Position numbers and translations under genes: made by a program. Positions 47,206 through 60,384 of a DNA stretch of 64,000 bases are shown piece by piece. Each line of letters opens with the position of its first letter. Positions within the stretch are counted from its first letter, which is position 1. Below the pieces are notes generated by a model. That model saw only the letters and a list, made by a program, of their open reading frames with translations. It was not told where the DNA came from and made no database searches. Origin of the DNA: Selaginella moellendorffii (Eukaryota; Plantae; Lycopodiophyta); contig NW_003314390.1 of NCBI RefSeq assembly GCF_000143415.4, forward strand, positions 24,973 through 88,972, written 5' to 3'.

Positions 47206-48198
47206 TCAAACTATGGCGAGCAGCAACAACACCACGATCGCCGCTCCAGATCCAAGCGAGGTCATCGATCTATAACCAGCGGAGGTTTCTTGTCCGGCAA
47301 CTCCACCAGTGGGCGAGAATGCTTCCTCTGGCGATGGAGATGGAGCAAAAGCCTCGTACTGTGGCTTGATCTCCAGCTCCATCTTGAGCCCCGACTGGCA
47401 ATCGTTCCCATTGGCGCTCGTGTAGTAGCGCATTCCCAGAGGCGGCACCACCTTGAGCAAAGTTCTTCCATCGCTTTGCCTCGACGCGAGTCCGAGCACC
47501 GGCACAAAGTAGGACTCGTTACAAAGCTGGTAACCGGGCTCCCAAACTTCCACCACCGAGTGCTGCGAGGCATTGAACAAAAACCCTGGAAAAACCCCAA
47601 GATTGTTTCCAAGTCAAAAAAAAAAATCTAAACAACTTACTGAAAGAATCCCCAAAGTAGAAGTTTTTGTTGGCAGTCCACTGCGAGTAATCCACACCTG
47701 GAGCCCATCCTCGATCATCTCCAACCGTGTACTCTGTCGGAGTGTAAACCGGAGGAGACTCGACGCTCACCATAAACTTCTTCCCAGCGTTGCAATTGTC
47801 CTGGACCGAAGAGACGTAATAGTTTTCTCCCACCCATGGCACCACCGTCTCGTTCCATGTCGTGTTTCCTGGATGTGGGAAGATCTTAGGGAAGCGCAAA
47901 TCCCAATTGCAGTCATCATAGACAGATTTTGGCACCCGGAGGATGGTATCACTCGCGGAGACTGTGAAGACTGCCAGAGAAAATCGCCCCAAGACACCGG
48001 ATTTATAAGTTCCTCGCGCTCTATAGAGGTAGAGTTATACTCACTCAGTATGTCACCAGCGTGAAAGACTCTGCCTTGAGACCATTGCGTGAAATTCACT
48101 CCAGTCGTCCAATGGCCAACGTAGTAATCCGTTCCTTCAGCAGCAGTGCCAAGGATCTGGATCGCGATGCAGCAGCAAGTAATCACAAGAAACTTCAT
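47206..48198 (-). CDS. Two-domain phytocyanin / early-nodulin-like protein, probably GPI-anchored
   Basis: Signal peptide; two plastocyanin-like domains (YYVG..W..F..GD; YTVGDDRGW); Pro/Ser spacer; hydrophobic C-terminus; Cu ligands absent. Confidence 0.9.
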
Positions 48199-49267
48199 CG
48201 TGCTCGTGACGAAAAAGAGAAACGAAAGGGAATATGTTCTTGCGGCTCAGTTTGGAACACACATGTAAAGGAAGAACTCGTCTTCTAGAGCGCTGTGTGA
48301 CGTGGTCCTCGAATTGAATCGTTTGGGTCTCTAGAAGATGCTGACTTGTTGTCACGGAAATTGCCACGAATAGAAGCTATGCTTATTCTGGAAATCTAGA
48401 GTAAATGGCTACGCGGTTTCATTATTTATCTAAAAGTTAGTACGAACAACAAAAATGTAGAAAGCCTTTGTTTATTTCCAAAGAAAAAAATATTTCTCTA
48501 ATTTTTCATTGTGATTGAGAAGTATGTCTCCTGCTCTATAGCAGCCACCAAACTTTCCAGAGCCCCAAGGTATAAGATTTTGTTGTTTGCCCAAACCTTC
48601 AATATATCCTGATGGAGTGTGTGCTTTTATCCAGGGTGCAATAGTCCAAGTTGGCTGCTCCTAAGCTCACCCAGCTCACCAATTGCAGCCCTAGGGGCCT
48701 TTTTGCAGCCAGATTGCTTCCCACTAGCTTGCAGCACCAAGGAGATGCTGAGCACAGCCTCTCTAATGATTCTTTCTCACTCCAAGTTGGCCGTGATAAA
48801 AATGCCTTTTGGCTCTCTCCCACACACTCCTCAACTTTGGGAAACACTGTTGGTTTGAAATGCATGTTAAGATTTTCTAACCTAACTCACCAAAGAAGGT
48901 GGCAAGCTCTTTCTTTTGCCAGGATTCTCTCCTTGCCACTCCAATTGTTCATTACATTGGGTCACTATGTTTCTACAGTTGGTCACAAGCAACACAAAAA
49001 TTCCTACATTAGAAAGATGGGATGAGCTCAAAATTCTCTCCACAGACTCCAAAATTTCTTCCAACACACTTAAATTGCTACTCTAAACTTCCAAACACTG
49101 TGTCTATAGAAACTTGCAAGTTACTAAGAGATTCCTGATAAAGAGCACTTTTTTTCTTCTAAAAGAAGATTGAAATTTATTTGAAAAGCATGATTTATGA
49201 AAATTAATCACTTGCATAATTGTCAACAAATTGTAGATTGACACATATGCCAATTATTACTTTATCC

Positions 49268-49360
49268 CTAGGCATTGTGCACTATGATGTAAAGCCATTA
49301 AATCTAATTTTTGCTGGCAATATAGATGCTTTTAAGCTCATTGGCTTTATTTCTAAGATT
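49268..49360 (+). pseudogene. Protein-kinase exon relic (STN7-like catalytic loop)
   Basis: After an AG acceptor: GIVHYDVKPLNLIFAGNIDAFKLIG, resembling GIVHRDVKPQNIIF..FKIID. Confidence 0.4.
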
Positions 49361-49399
49361 AAAAGGTCATGGTTGTCCAAAAGGGTGAAGCCTAGCTGG

Positions 49400-52120
49400 A
49401 CTTTATTGCTTTAAGGTTGAAAAAAATGGTTTAAATTTTTGTCATTAAGTTATTATTTTTTGTTGATATTTGTAACCTAAATTTTAAGAAAATAGTTTTA
49501 AGACTTTATGTTTTGTTGTTAGTAGTCATTAGATTTAAAGTCAAAATTAATTTTTTTAATTGATATTTTTAATTTCTATTTATGACTAAATTTTAAGAAA
49601 TTTATAATAGTTATAAATAACAAACTAATATATTTAGTTATTATGTTTGAATAAATTTTAAGTCATTATTGTGATGATATTTTAAGTTGTTATAATTAAA
49701 GACAATTTTAGTTGTTTATAGTAAAATATAAAATAAATAGCTGATAGTTTAATTTATAACCAATAAATCACAGTTGAAGCTAATATAGAGCTAACAAAAT
49801 TGCATATCTTGAGCTAACATAGGCTATCAGCAAATCATACACAATAATCCATAATAAAGTGTTATGATCAAACATACTATATGTTGATGTGGCAAATACA
49901 AGATTAAGAGTGATACCATACTAGGATAACTTTGAGTGCTACTAAATAATATAATTTTTCATCACTTGTCCTTGTTTGTGATTGTCTTTAGCTTCATTTT
50001 GCTGAAGTTTTGTTACTACAACAATCTTTTTGATTTAGTTTTTGAGAGGCAAGTCAAGGTGAAACATTCCCACAATAATGCCATTAAGGAAATAAATCAA
50101 TTCATATTAAAAAACATGAAAGAGAAATTTATATTGTTGTACCCACCTTACAAGTGAGTTGCAACTGAGTGACCAACACAAACCACCCTTAATCTTAACA
50201 ATGTCATCTATAATAGTAGCATTAGCCAGTGCTTCATAGGAAACTCTCTCTTAGGAAAATTTAGGAAGATATAATTGGAACATAGTCACCTTTAGATCAT
50301 TGTGGAAGCATCATTATGATGTTCTTGTTGTCTTCAAACCTCACAAGTTGCAACAGATCAATAAATCATGTATAGAAATTAATTTTTTCAATGGAAGCAT
50401 CCTTGCAACACTAGTGGAAAATCACAATTTACAAGTTAGTTTTTCTGTTTTGAGAAATCTAAGAAATCTTCTACTTGGAGGAAAACTAGAGCCAACTTCA
50501 ATGTTACAACTTAGAGCCACTGAAAGTGTTAAAAGTATCATACCTTGAATAGATAAAAGTTTAGACTCAGCCCAATAAAACAAAGAACGACTACTCTTAC
50601 CATACTCTAATTCTACTATACTCTTACTTGTATCCATTTTATGTTTGGATGTAGGAGAAGATTGACAATACATAGTAGTGAGTGATGAGAGAAATCAAAG
50701 GAAAATTTTCATACTTACCATGAACTCCTTGTAGTGAAAACCATGAGAATCACTAAACTCCTTACAGTGCAGGATATTCCTTAAATATCCCAAGATCCTT
50801 GGAGTGCAAGAGAGACAATATAGGGCAATCATGGTTAGCACAAAATAAAACTACTTATATTCTAATCACCACAACCCAAAGAGAATTCATCTAGAGCACC
50901 TTCAAGCTTTTAAAATAGGAAAAATGAAAACTCTAAAGTCAAAGACAAGCATTAAGACCACTTGCCTTGCCAAATGCTAGTACCTATATCTAAGACTTAG
51001 CCATATTTCTGAATAACTGATAAAAATATTTACAAAAACTAAACAAGTAAAACTATAAGTTCATCATGAATATACCTTCTTGATAATCATGAAAATACTT
51101 TTCTTTCTTAGGTCAAGAAGGCAAAATGAATCACATCATTTCTTACCTTAAAGCACAATGTTTGGGATCCAAATTGCACTAGGGCTTTGCTTTGTAATTC
51201 AAAGAAAGCTTGGAGTAGTAGGAATGTATACCAGATTTGTTTGGAGAGCCTTCGTCCAAATAATGACAAATTAATACTAAATAGTATTAAAAATTACTTA
51301 TGTTATGAAATGATCTATTGTTTGGCTTGATATTCTAGTAGTAACTTGAACATTTAAATTAATTAAAAAAGTAGATAAAATAGAAGTACTAACCCCTCCA
51401 TAAATAGGTAATAAATTGTCTTCACTCCCATGTAATCATTTAGAGAAATAATCAAATGCATTATTATCCTTAATATTATCATTGTCACCACCATTACCAC
51501 CACCTAAATTCATACCACCATCATAGGAATTATAAAACTGTCACCAATTTCAAAATATTGTTATGTTAAAAATAAATCTACATAATTTAATCCCTTTGAT
51601 ATCTTCCCCTAGAAATGTATTGAAGGATGTTTACTATAAAGATGAATATAATCTGTGATAATCCATATGAGGCAAATATGATTACCTCCACACCTCAAAC
51701 ACTAGCATACAACTTTGATTCCTAAATCCTAGATAAGGAAATATAGCTTCTTATTAGCTTTAATAAGAATATCCTTTATTAAGAAGTTTGTAATTGAATT
51801 TTTTTACTGCAACATCTTAACGACTTATATTTTAGTTGCTACTAAGTTGCATTTAACTAATGAAATGGTCTAGTTATAAAGAATAAACTGTAAATTGCAA
51901 CAATAAATTATGATATATATTCTGTTGTAAAGAATAACTCCATTTTCTAACTAAATTTTGTATGAATATAAAAAATTTCATAAATTGCAACATAAAATTT
52001 GTAATTAAAGCCAATTTGCTACTAATATTTTAAGTAGTTAAAATTTACAGCTTAAATTAACACAATTGTTTTTGTTAAATAACATATCTTTATAATGCTA
52101 TTGTGTAACAATGATCCTTT
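49400..52120. mobile_element. AT-rich decayed transposon relics (retroelement gag/protease-like and possible CACTA pieces)
   Basis: Very low GC, CpG-depleted, no intact ORFs; recurrent ttgcaac/ttgctac short motifs at 51800-52030. Confidence 0.4.
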
Positions 52121-53291
52121 ATTATCCAAGGCCCTGCTTAAACCACCTTTTCTTCTTTTTTAGGGTTTGTCAAATATAACTGCAATGTCAAATTGGTGAC
52201 TACCTTGAGGGGCACAATGGCATATCTTCACAAACAAAGCCTTCATCAGCGTTGTTCATTGATTTGGACTGTCTTATGATTGTCCAGGACTTTGATTTGA
52301 TCATTAAGACATCACAAAAACCTAGCACATTGATGCAAAACTCTCATAGCCATGATTGTTTCCTCTAGATCATTAGGGATTTGCAGAAATTCCAGCCGAT
52401 TATGGAGCAGTACTGCCACACATGCTGGGGTGATTAAGGCAGCGAGCTGAGGAGCTCACCAAGAACATGTTACCCTTCTGACCGCCAAATGACCTGTTTG
52501 TTTAAAAGTTGCATTACTATATTTATTTAAGTTTTCAGTCTAGGCATATTCTAAAATATTCACGGTCAAACGATGATATGCTGCACCAAATCCAGCTTCA
52601 GGAAACTCCCCACTCCCCATTGCAGTTGCTGAGGGATTCTGTGTACAGTCTATATGAGAGGATTTTTAACACTTGGGCTTATGAAATCTGTGGTAAAGAA
52701 CCTGGCCAATATCCAACATATTGTCCTTGTATTTAGTTCAACTTGAGCAAGAGAGATTTAGACATTCCATAATCTTTTAATAAGATCTCATGGCTGTCTT
52801 GTCTCTGTTGCAATTTAGAGTTGAGGATATTTGATTTCCTGCTTGGCATATTCTAATTTCCCCAGAGAAAATCCTATTATAACTGCTTGTGAAGTTTGAA
52901 GAGTTGCTATTTGCAAATGAGGGATTGGGCTGCTAGAACTTAACAAGGTTTAGCTGTTTTTCTATCAAAAGCTCTCACTTGAATAGTTTGATTGGTACCC
53001 TTTAGAGAGATCTGGTCTTCAATTCTTGTGCACACAAGCTATTAGACACAGTTTCTAAGAATTAAGTTAGGACATAGAACTTGGGATTCGCTTGAATAGG
53101 AAAAAAAACCAACATAAAAAAATCATAATACTGATCTCATGGTTGCAATGAGGATGCTCCAATACCAAACATATAAAATTTAAGCAGTGACATCTAGAAA
53201 TCAAATGATGATGCCTACTAGCACAATTGGTGGCAATTATTAAAGTCCTTTAAGCAAACCAAAACACTTTTTAGCTAAACTAGGTTATCCA

Positions 53292-54128
53292 CTAGAGCTT
53301 GGAAAATGCGGGCTTTCGTTTCTCCTTTCGAGCTCGAATGGCCTCAGCAACGTCCTGGAAAGACATCGATGCCGAGTTTCGCGCGGCAACGTAGTCCAGT
53401 CCCTGTGCCACGCTCATGTCACGCCCCTTGACAAGAACAGCCTTGGTGCCGCGCACAGCGAGCTCGGATTTCCCCGCAATCGCTCCTGCCAGCGATCCCA
53501 CCGCGGCCTCCATTTCCTGCCGGGAATCAAACACCCGGCTCACCAGTCCCAGCTCCTTGGCCTCCTTGCCATCGAAGTTCCGCGCCGTGAGCGCCAGTTC
53601 CATCGTGTTTGCGTAGCCCACGATCGCTGGAAGGCGCTGCAAACTTCCCAGATCGGCAGTGATTCCTAGATCCACCTCCTTGACGGAGAAGAGCGAATCC
53701 CTGGTGCAGTACCTCACGTCGCAGGCCGTGATGAGGTCGATCCCGCCGCCAATGCACGCGCCGTGGATCATCGCGATGACTGGCTTGCGGCAAACCTCCG
53801 GGGCCGAGAGGGAGTCTTGCAACCACCTGATGTATGCGCCGAATCTCTCGCGGCCGCGAGCGCCATCGCCATCGCCACTACTGGAGGAAGGGGAGGAAGA
53901 CGATTTTGTGCTGAGGATGTTGGTGTCGATCCCCGAGCAGAAATTGGGGCCACTCCCTGACAGCAGCACCACGCGCACCTGTGGATCATCGTCCAGAGCT
54001 CGCAGCGCGATCGGGAGCTCGCGGAAGAGGGAGTCGTCCAGGGCATTACCCTTGTGTGGCCGGTTGAGGAGGAGACGCGCGACGCCGTGCTCGTCCACGC
54101 CTTCATTGCGTACCACCGCCATAGCCAT
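53292..54128 (-). CDS. DCI1: Peroxisomal delta3,5-delta2,4-dienoyl-CoA isomerase (crotonase family)
   Basis: FCSGID, KPVIAMIHGACIGGGIDLITACDVRY, KEVDLGITADLGSLQRLP; C-terminal PTS1 SKL. Confidence 0.95.
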   Translation of the reverse strand: MAMAVVRNEGVDEHGVARLLLNRPHKGNALDDSLFRELPIALRALDDDPQVRVVLLSGSGPNFCSGIDTNILSTKSSSSPSSSSGDGDGARGRERFGAYIRWLQDSLSAPEVCRKPVIAMIHGACIGGGIDLITACDVRYCTRDSLFSVKEVDLGITADLGSLQRLPAIVGYANTMELALTARNFDGKEAKELGLVSRVFDSRQEMEAAVGSLAGAIAGKSELAVRGTKAVLVKGRDMSVAQGLDYVAARNSASMSFQDVAEAIRARKEKRKPAFSKL

Positions 54129-54289
54129 CAAGAACCCTAATTTCTCAGCTTGTACGAGTGTTAAAAGAAAGTGTTAAAAAAGTTTACAAAATTGTAAAAA
54201 AACTACACCAGAAGTAAAATTTCCGGGTAACATTCGGCCAACCTGTTATAAAAGGTTTTAAAACATGTAACATATATATAAAACTAGGA

Positions 54290-54720
54290 TTCAATCTACG
54301 CCGTCTGAGAGACAACGGCTTAGATTTGGAGTTCTAGATTGGCTCTCTCCTATCAACGAGCTCGGCTTTCTGATACCACCAACGCAGTCACGAGGAACTT
54401 GGCAATGCTGACGGGCTTCTTAGCAGATGCGGCAGGGTTGCCTTGAGTTCAGTCATTTTCTGGTCATGAACTTGCAACTTCAGACGTCTCATACCAGCGG
54501 GCTAAGACACAACAAACGTTTTAGTCAAGAAAAATTAAGCAAACTCACTCACATTCGAGACTTTGACAGACATGTGCATGTTCCGAGGGGCCACCTCTGC
54601 TGGCTTCGTTCATGTTTCCAAATTCCTGAGTGATCTTGGGGTGGAGGGCCAAAGATGTTGCTGCCAACAAGCTCTTTGGCTTTGCAACTGTAGCACAAGC
54701 GTCCCTGCCAAACATCTACA
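54290..54720 (-). pseudogene. Degraded direct duplicate of the 3' end of the DUF4057 gene
   Basis: Colinear with 60640-61200 (gacaacggcttagatttggagttctaga; ctcacattcgagactttgacaga), with CpG loss and deletions. Confidence 0.88.
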
Positions 54721-54989
54721 TATGCTTAGACATACCATTAAGCTCTTTTTACTTGCCACTTTGTGTATCGCCTCAGACTCCTATTAAGGGAATGTTCCAT
54801 TCCATGCACTCACAATTATAAACTTCTACATTGGTTTCTTAAGCATTCCAAAATTAGAGTTAAATTAATTTTGGTTTAAACCATAATTATGGCACTAGAT
54901 CCCATTAAACCTCCAAAGGAAAGTGACCCTCTTTTTTTTTTTGTGACGAGTCATTTACACTGTCTTAATAAATAAACTTTGAGTATCCT

Positions 54990-55530
54990 TCAGAAGTGTA
55001 TTTCCAATCATGGAAAGTCTAGATGCGATCTTCATGGAAAAGGATCTATGGGGAGTGATCTAGAGTGACCTCAAGCCATGCGACAATGATGCAGATCAGA
55101 AAAAGGAGTGGAATGTGAAAAATAACAAGGGACTGAGGGTTTTAGGACAAGATCTCAAAAAAAAAATTATATGGATATCAATGGAACAATTAAAGTGAAT
55201 TAGGTTGTTGTATGCCTGATCCTTGGCAAGACTAGCAAAGCAAGATTGCTGCATCTCAAGCACATACATGGTGAAATAGAAGTTTGCCAATGTACTTGTG
55301 GATATTCCCAAGCACATTAATGTAGTTTAGATGGAGGAGTTAGATAATGATGAGTTACTCATGGCATTTGACTGAAAGGTCCAATGTAGCTAGCAGGGTC
55401 ATATTACTTTAAGTTCCAGCAACACTTTTACACAGCTCATAGTAAATCTCACTATGTTAGAGGGTTTCTCAAAGTCTAGGCAAGAAAGCTCAAAGAAGAA
55501 AAAGTTTGGCACTATTCATTGGGAAGGAGA
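54990..55530 (+). mobile_element. Decayed Copia gag relic related to the element at 1173-3393
   Basis: 55340-55530 aligns with the reverse complement of 2950-3150 (ttaagttccag..aacacttt..gagggttt.ctcaa). Upstream FMEKDLWGVI..EWNVKNNKGL is Copia gag-like. Confidence 0.7.
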
Positions 55531-56387
55531 AACTATCACTCCCAGTCTGAGCCAGATTGACGTATTGTGGAGGAGTTGCAAAGAAAAAAAAAGCAAATGA
55601 CTTTCACCTTGGTGGTTCATTGGTCCTAATCAGTCCCCCCTCAGACGTGGAACTTGATGCTTCCCTCTTGTTTCTTGTACTTATAAGCTAGGAAGGCACG
55701 TTTTTTGATTGAGATGTAGAAAGATAAAAACTTTACACTCCAGAAACACGTTACACTCTACTGATCTACTCAGTTTGGAGAAAGAAAATTGAGGATGCAG
55801 GTTTGGAGAGGCTCCAAACCTTGGCTTCAGAGAATGGTTTATTAAGGCTCTCTGTCCTTCCTCATAAACAAGACTTGGATCAGGCATGTTTTAACACTTA
55901 CAAAACTTGCTTATTTGTATGTTAATTATATGCGGTGGATGTTATTCCCCAAATAAAAAGCAAAAGACAGGTGCAGTGCAACTATTGTGTGGAGTAATTG
56001 GTGGTGGTCGTGGTTCAATGTTTCTCAAAGAGTGGTTGGTTGATACCACCTGGCAAATGAAGAATGGTATAAGAATCAGTGACCTTTACTACGTTCTCTA
56101 TAAAGTTCATAATATATACTCTGAATATTCTAGGAACTTAAGAAACTTATAAGTTTAAAACCTGAAACTTTAAGTTATCAAATTTTAAAATTTAGATAGC
56201 ATGTAGATCACCAAGAGCGGAAACCATGAAGCAGCAATCAATGAATTATGTGGAAGACTTGCTACAACGTTTTCACAAAGTGAGATTCATTAATGTGGTC
56301 CCTGAAAAACTCTTCAAATCCTTCCCAAAAAAGAAGATCAAGGACATAGGGCAAAACTATGAGTGGCCCGAAGACAAACAAAGTGCT

Positions 56388-59167
56388 TCACCCCCTTTTC
56401 AGTTTCTTCAAACCTTTCTTCACCTCTTCCACAGCATCCAGCAATTCCGTGTTGACAATCCCCCGAAGTTTCCGACCAGCCCAAACAGCCGACAGAGGTG
56501 AAACCTGAAGGACAAAATAAACATGTCAAAAATCAAATGAAATATGCCTTACCAGGGGGATTTCTTTGTGCCCCTTTCTCGCTCGCCCACTCCACCACAC
56601 ATCTCCGAAGGCCACCTTTCCTACCCTTGGATGTGGGTTTGGTGAAACAACCAGCCTAAGGTAGCCAGTCCAGCACCACTGTTTTAGTTTTCGACAGGCT
56701 CCTCCTGAATGCAGCATCTTGTCAATCTTCATGATGTCGAGTGAGGAAAAAGCTTGAGTCACACCCAGCCCAGATCCGGTCCTGAACTGTAGAAACACAG
56801 GCATCATCTTGTGCGACTCTTTGCTTCTGAGAAGAAACATCCCATCTGGTCCAGCTTCTTGGAATGGTCCAAGCCATGCATAAGTAGCAAACGATGCACC
56901 AGCCTCAACAGCTTCAAGCCACAGGTTCAACTGTTCTTCAGTCTGAATCTCCTGAACCAGCACCCCCGAGTGCCCTCTTGGCTTTACAACTTCATACTCC
57001 TCCTTGTAGACCACATCTGTTTCCTGCAAACCCAAAACCTCAGCTGGTAGCTTGTTGTCAAATGCCTCCCCCACGATGCATGCAAACCGCTCAAAGGTAA
57101 TGCCACGGACTGATGCGTTTGCAGCTGTGCTGATGACTCGCTCCATTACTGTACCAGCAGGCATATGTTCCCAGAGTGCTTCTGCAATCATCGGCTCTTG
57201 AAGGATCACGTATTGCACGTTAACCAGACCTGAAGAACCAGGTCCGGCTTCATCACCCCTCACCCCTCTTATGTGTGGAATGATCGGTGCAAAAGGTCCA
57301 GCACTGGCATCACTCTCAAGCAGCGTTGCAAAGCCACAATCCACTAAGGTCATGATACTCCTCTTCCGCTGCACAATAACATGACCAAAACCTGGAAAAG
57401 ACCAGCATGAGGAATATATCTGTAAAGAATCAGTGACACATACCTGTAAGATAATACGTGAACAGAATGTCCTCAATCATTTGTGCCGTCTCTGGATCAT
57501 CCCACACCCGCTCCGCTTCATCCCTTAAAGACCGAAGAAGTCCAAGCTCCACCCCAGGCTTTTTGATCAACTCCAAGAAGAAAACTTGGAACCAATCCTC
57601 TGGTGGTTTGTCCTGCACAACGTACTTCTCAATCGCCGTGCTCAAAAGTCGCCTTCTTCCAGTGTACATGGAAGTAATCGCGGGCATGTCCAGCCTGCTG
57701 ATATCTATAAACCGTTGGAGAAAGGCTGGAATGTTGGTGTCGTCAAAGCCAGGTAAACTATATATTTCTCTTACATCGAAAGGCTTCACTGTCCCTCTCA
57801 GAAGTCTTTCCCGAACCTTAAGCATATTCGTGCCGGTGCCCGCAACAAACAAGCAGCTCTTCAAGAAACGGTACGACTTCAGAGCCAGTAACATGGGGCT
57901 CAACAACGGCTGCCCTTTCGTAGGACTGAGTTCAGACTTGAATCGACCTTTCATACAACGAAGCAGCATTTGAGCCTCATCAAGGACAACCACCCCCTCC
58001 TTCCAACCAATGTCATCTGCAAGATTCCTTATAACCTCCTTCAGCTGATCCATAGGCAGTTGCTGATCCACTGGAACACAATCGATCAAGGCTTCAACCG
58101 CAGCACGGAAGACATCATCAACTGCCGGGTACTCCAACTGGAAAAAAGCCCAATCACGAGGATGAAGCCCAGGTTTCATCGCTTTCAGCAACTTCAAATA
58201 TTTCAGCCGGACAAGAATCAAAATCCCAACACCAAACCGCACCACTGCATGATTCGGATCAAGATCGTGTTCACCTGCGGGGAACCGAGTCTCCATCCAT
58301 CTGGCAACCCTGTCTACATCATTCGATCCTCCTCCAAATCCAACCATTGGACGCTTACCCGTGAAAAACAAGGTGAATCTACTGCAGGCAAGTTCAATCA
58401 ACATTCTCGTTTTTCCTGAACCGCTGGGAGCCAAGAGCACGGTGGTGTGGCGTTCTGACAACCTCTGCGCAAACCGATTGTCGAGCTCCACAAGTCCATC
58501 TCCTACGCCTTCCCATAAAAGGCATGGCAGGTTACTAAGCGCGCACATGAGTGTCCGGGCCGAGGGAAATTTCGCCTTACAAGCCGACTCGTGAGGAGCC
58601 AACCGAGATATGAACTGCGATTTCGTGGAGATGGAAGTATCACACACCTGTGATATGCCCAATCCTGTTATGGTTGTTTTTGTTTCTGTTTCAGACAAGA
58701 AAAGGAGTGAGCAACATAGCCAACATGGTGTGACCACACTGGCCCAATCGACTAATTACAAAAGATCGCAGAATACCAACGATCCAACAGCACGAGAGCC
58801 CAACAAGCCACGAACAAAAGCCTGACGCAACAGCACACGACGCCATAGGCTGAAGCAACCCAGAGCACAGAACAGCAAAACGCCCCAAATCGAGGGGGAT
58901 AGCTAAATACACAAAGAATGACTTACCATTACTTCTGAGGAGGAGGAGTTTTTTCTCCCGCAGCAGTTCTTCCTCCTTCCGCAGCTGTTCTTTCTTCTTC
59001 CGCAGCTGTTCTTTCTTCTTCCGCAGCTGTTCTTTCTCATTCCGCCAATATTCCGCCAGAGATTGATTGCCACTCTGAAGGGCAGAGAGAAAAGATTCCC
59101 CAGCCGCTTGGATCTGCGGCTCAAGAAGCCCGATTTGAGCCACCACCTTAGCCAATTCCTCGTCCAT
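56388..59167 (-). CDS. Crinkler/RHS-like protein: coiled-coil header + P-loop NTPase + PD-(D/E)XK nuclease (812 aa)
   Basis: Exons 59167-58927, 58685-57444, 57391-56553 and 56504-56388 join in frame. Walker A APSGSGKT, Walker B VVVLDEAQ, AGTG, GRRR; nuclease GITFE..AGPDGMFLL..PVFLQFR. Confidence 0.8.
58955..59045 (-). repeat. 21-bp tandem repeat encoding the heptad EQLRKKK
   Basis: ccgcagctgttctttcttctt, about 4 degenerate units. Confidence 0.9.
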
Positions 59168-59369
59168 TTTGCTAGCTGAAACCCTATCTTGAAACCCTCT
59201 TGTATGGGACGGTTTAGGGTTTAGGGTTATATTAAAATATAATTAATTATAATAAGTCCTTGATTATAAACGAGCGAAGCAACATGGATCAAAGAGAAAA
59301 CGAGGGGCATAGGAACAGAACACAACAGTCATAGCCAGACAAACAAACGCGAAGCAAGAGAAGCCATAC

Positions 59370-59571
59370 CTGGCACTTTGAGGTGCGGCTCAAGCTTCTT
59401 AGCAGCAAAGACAGGCACCCTTAGCTGGATCACTTCGTCGTATGTGAGATCTTTCAACTCCCCCACAAACTCGTAGCCCTCTGATTCCAGACTTTGCACA
59501 GATAGATCAATCACGGCCGGTTTCCCGACTATTTGAAATGACCGCACCGTAGCAGTAAAACTTTCAATGGA
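59370..59571 (-). pseudogene. Orphan SAM-domain-like exon lacking a start codon
   Basis: VQSLESEGYEFVGELKDLTYDEVIQLRVPVFAAKKLEPHL, ending at a phase-1 GT donor followed by intron-like sequence. Confidence 0.55.
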
Positions 59572-59652
59572 TTAGAAAACCTTTTATGATCTTTAAAGCA
59601 TCAAATGCAGTAGCATGAACAAAACAAGATCTGCATCCAGCTTGTTAGCTTG

Positions 59653-60384
59653 TCAGCCACCCCCACCAAAGCCATAACTCTTTCCCAGGAAGATCATTTG
59701 CAATTGGTCATAGCCAGACAACACTCCAGCTCCAGCCACGGCTCTCAAGATGTTAGCACCTGCACCCTTAAACAAGGACTTGACTCCTTCCTTGGCCATA
59801 ATTCCCCTCAGTGCGTGCATTGAGCTCTTGTACTTGGCACCCTCGCCAGACCTCATCATTATAGGCCGCCTCACCGTGTCAATCGGGTACGAGGCAAGGC
59901 CAGCAGCAATGGTGATGCTCCAGCCCAAGAAGAAACTCGCAGCAAAGTTGCCCTGTTGCACAAAGAAGAAAGCACGATTGATTGCTGGAGCAAGCTAAAA
60001 GGTCACCTTGAGGTCTCCAACCAACAGCACCGGCTTGAGAGAGTCGTACATTCCAAAACAGAGGCCCCGGTACACAACAATACCCACGCACGAAATGTTG
60101 AAGCCGAGGTAAAGGCCGGCAATGCCATCGCTGGCCAGGGTCTTCTTGTACACGTCCAGGAGGCCATTGAACTGGCGGCCACCGCCACCACCCTTCTTTG
60201 CAGCCTTGGCGTCGTTGGCCAGGCGAGTCCGGGCATAATCCAGCGAGTAGACAAAGAAGAGCGAGGAGGCACCGGCAAGGCCTCCCGACGCCAGGTTTCC
60301 AGCAAACCACACCCAGTAGCCGTCCCGGTCGGCCTTAAAGTTGAAGAGCCTCTTGAAGTGGTCCTTGAAGGCGAAGTTTAGCGC
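59653..60384 (-). pseudogene. 5'-truncated ADP/ATP carrier (AAC) copy
   Basis: [33 protein letters not shown]. The RRRMMM signature reads RRPIMM, and GLYRG reads GLYLG. No upstream exons before the next gene. Confidence 0.85.

Noticed and set aside
52130-52480. Coding-like fragment ending LRQRAEELTKNMLPF*
   Set aside because: Too degraded to assign a family by eye.
55620-55650. Minus-strand PPT-like gaggggga followed by TG
   Set aside because: No second LTR or coding domain to support an element.
57430-57476. Apparent frameshift between the NTPase and nuclease ORFs
   Set aside because: Resolved by a 52-bp GT-AG intron (57392-57443), so the gene is intact.
59210-59228. tttagggtttagggtt telomere-like run
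   Set aside because: About 2.5 units in a promoter position; interpreted as telo-boxes, not an interstitial telomere.
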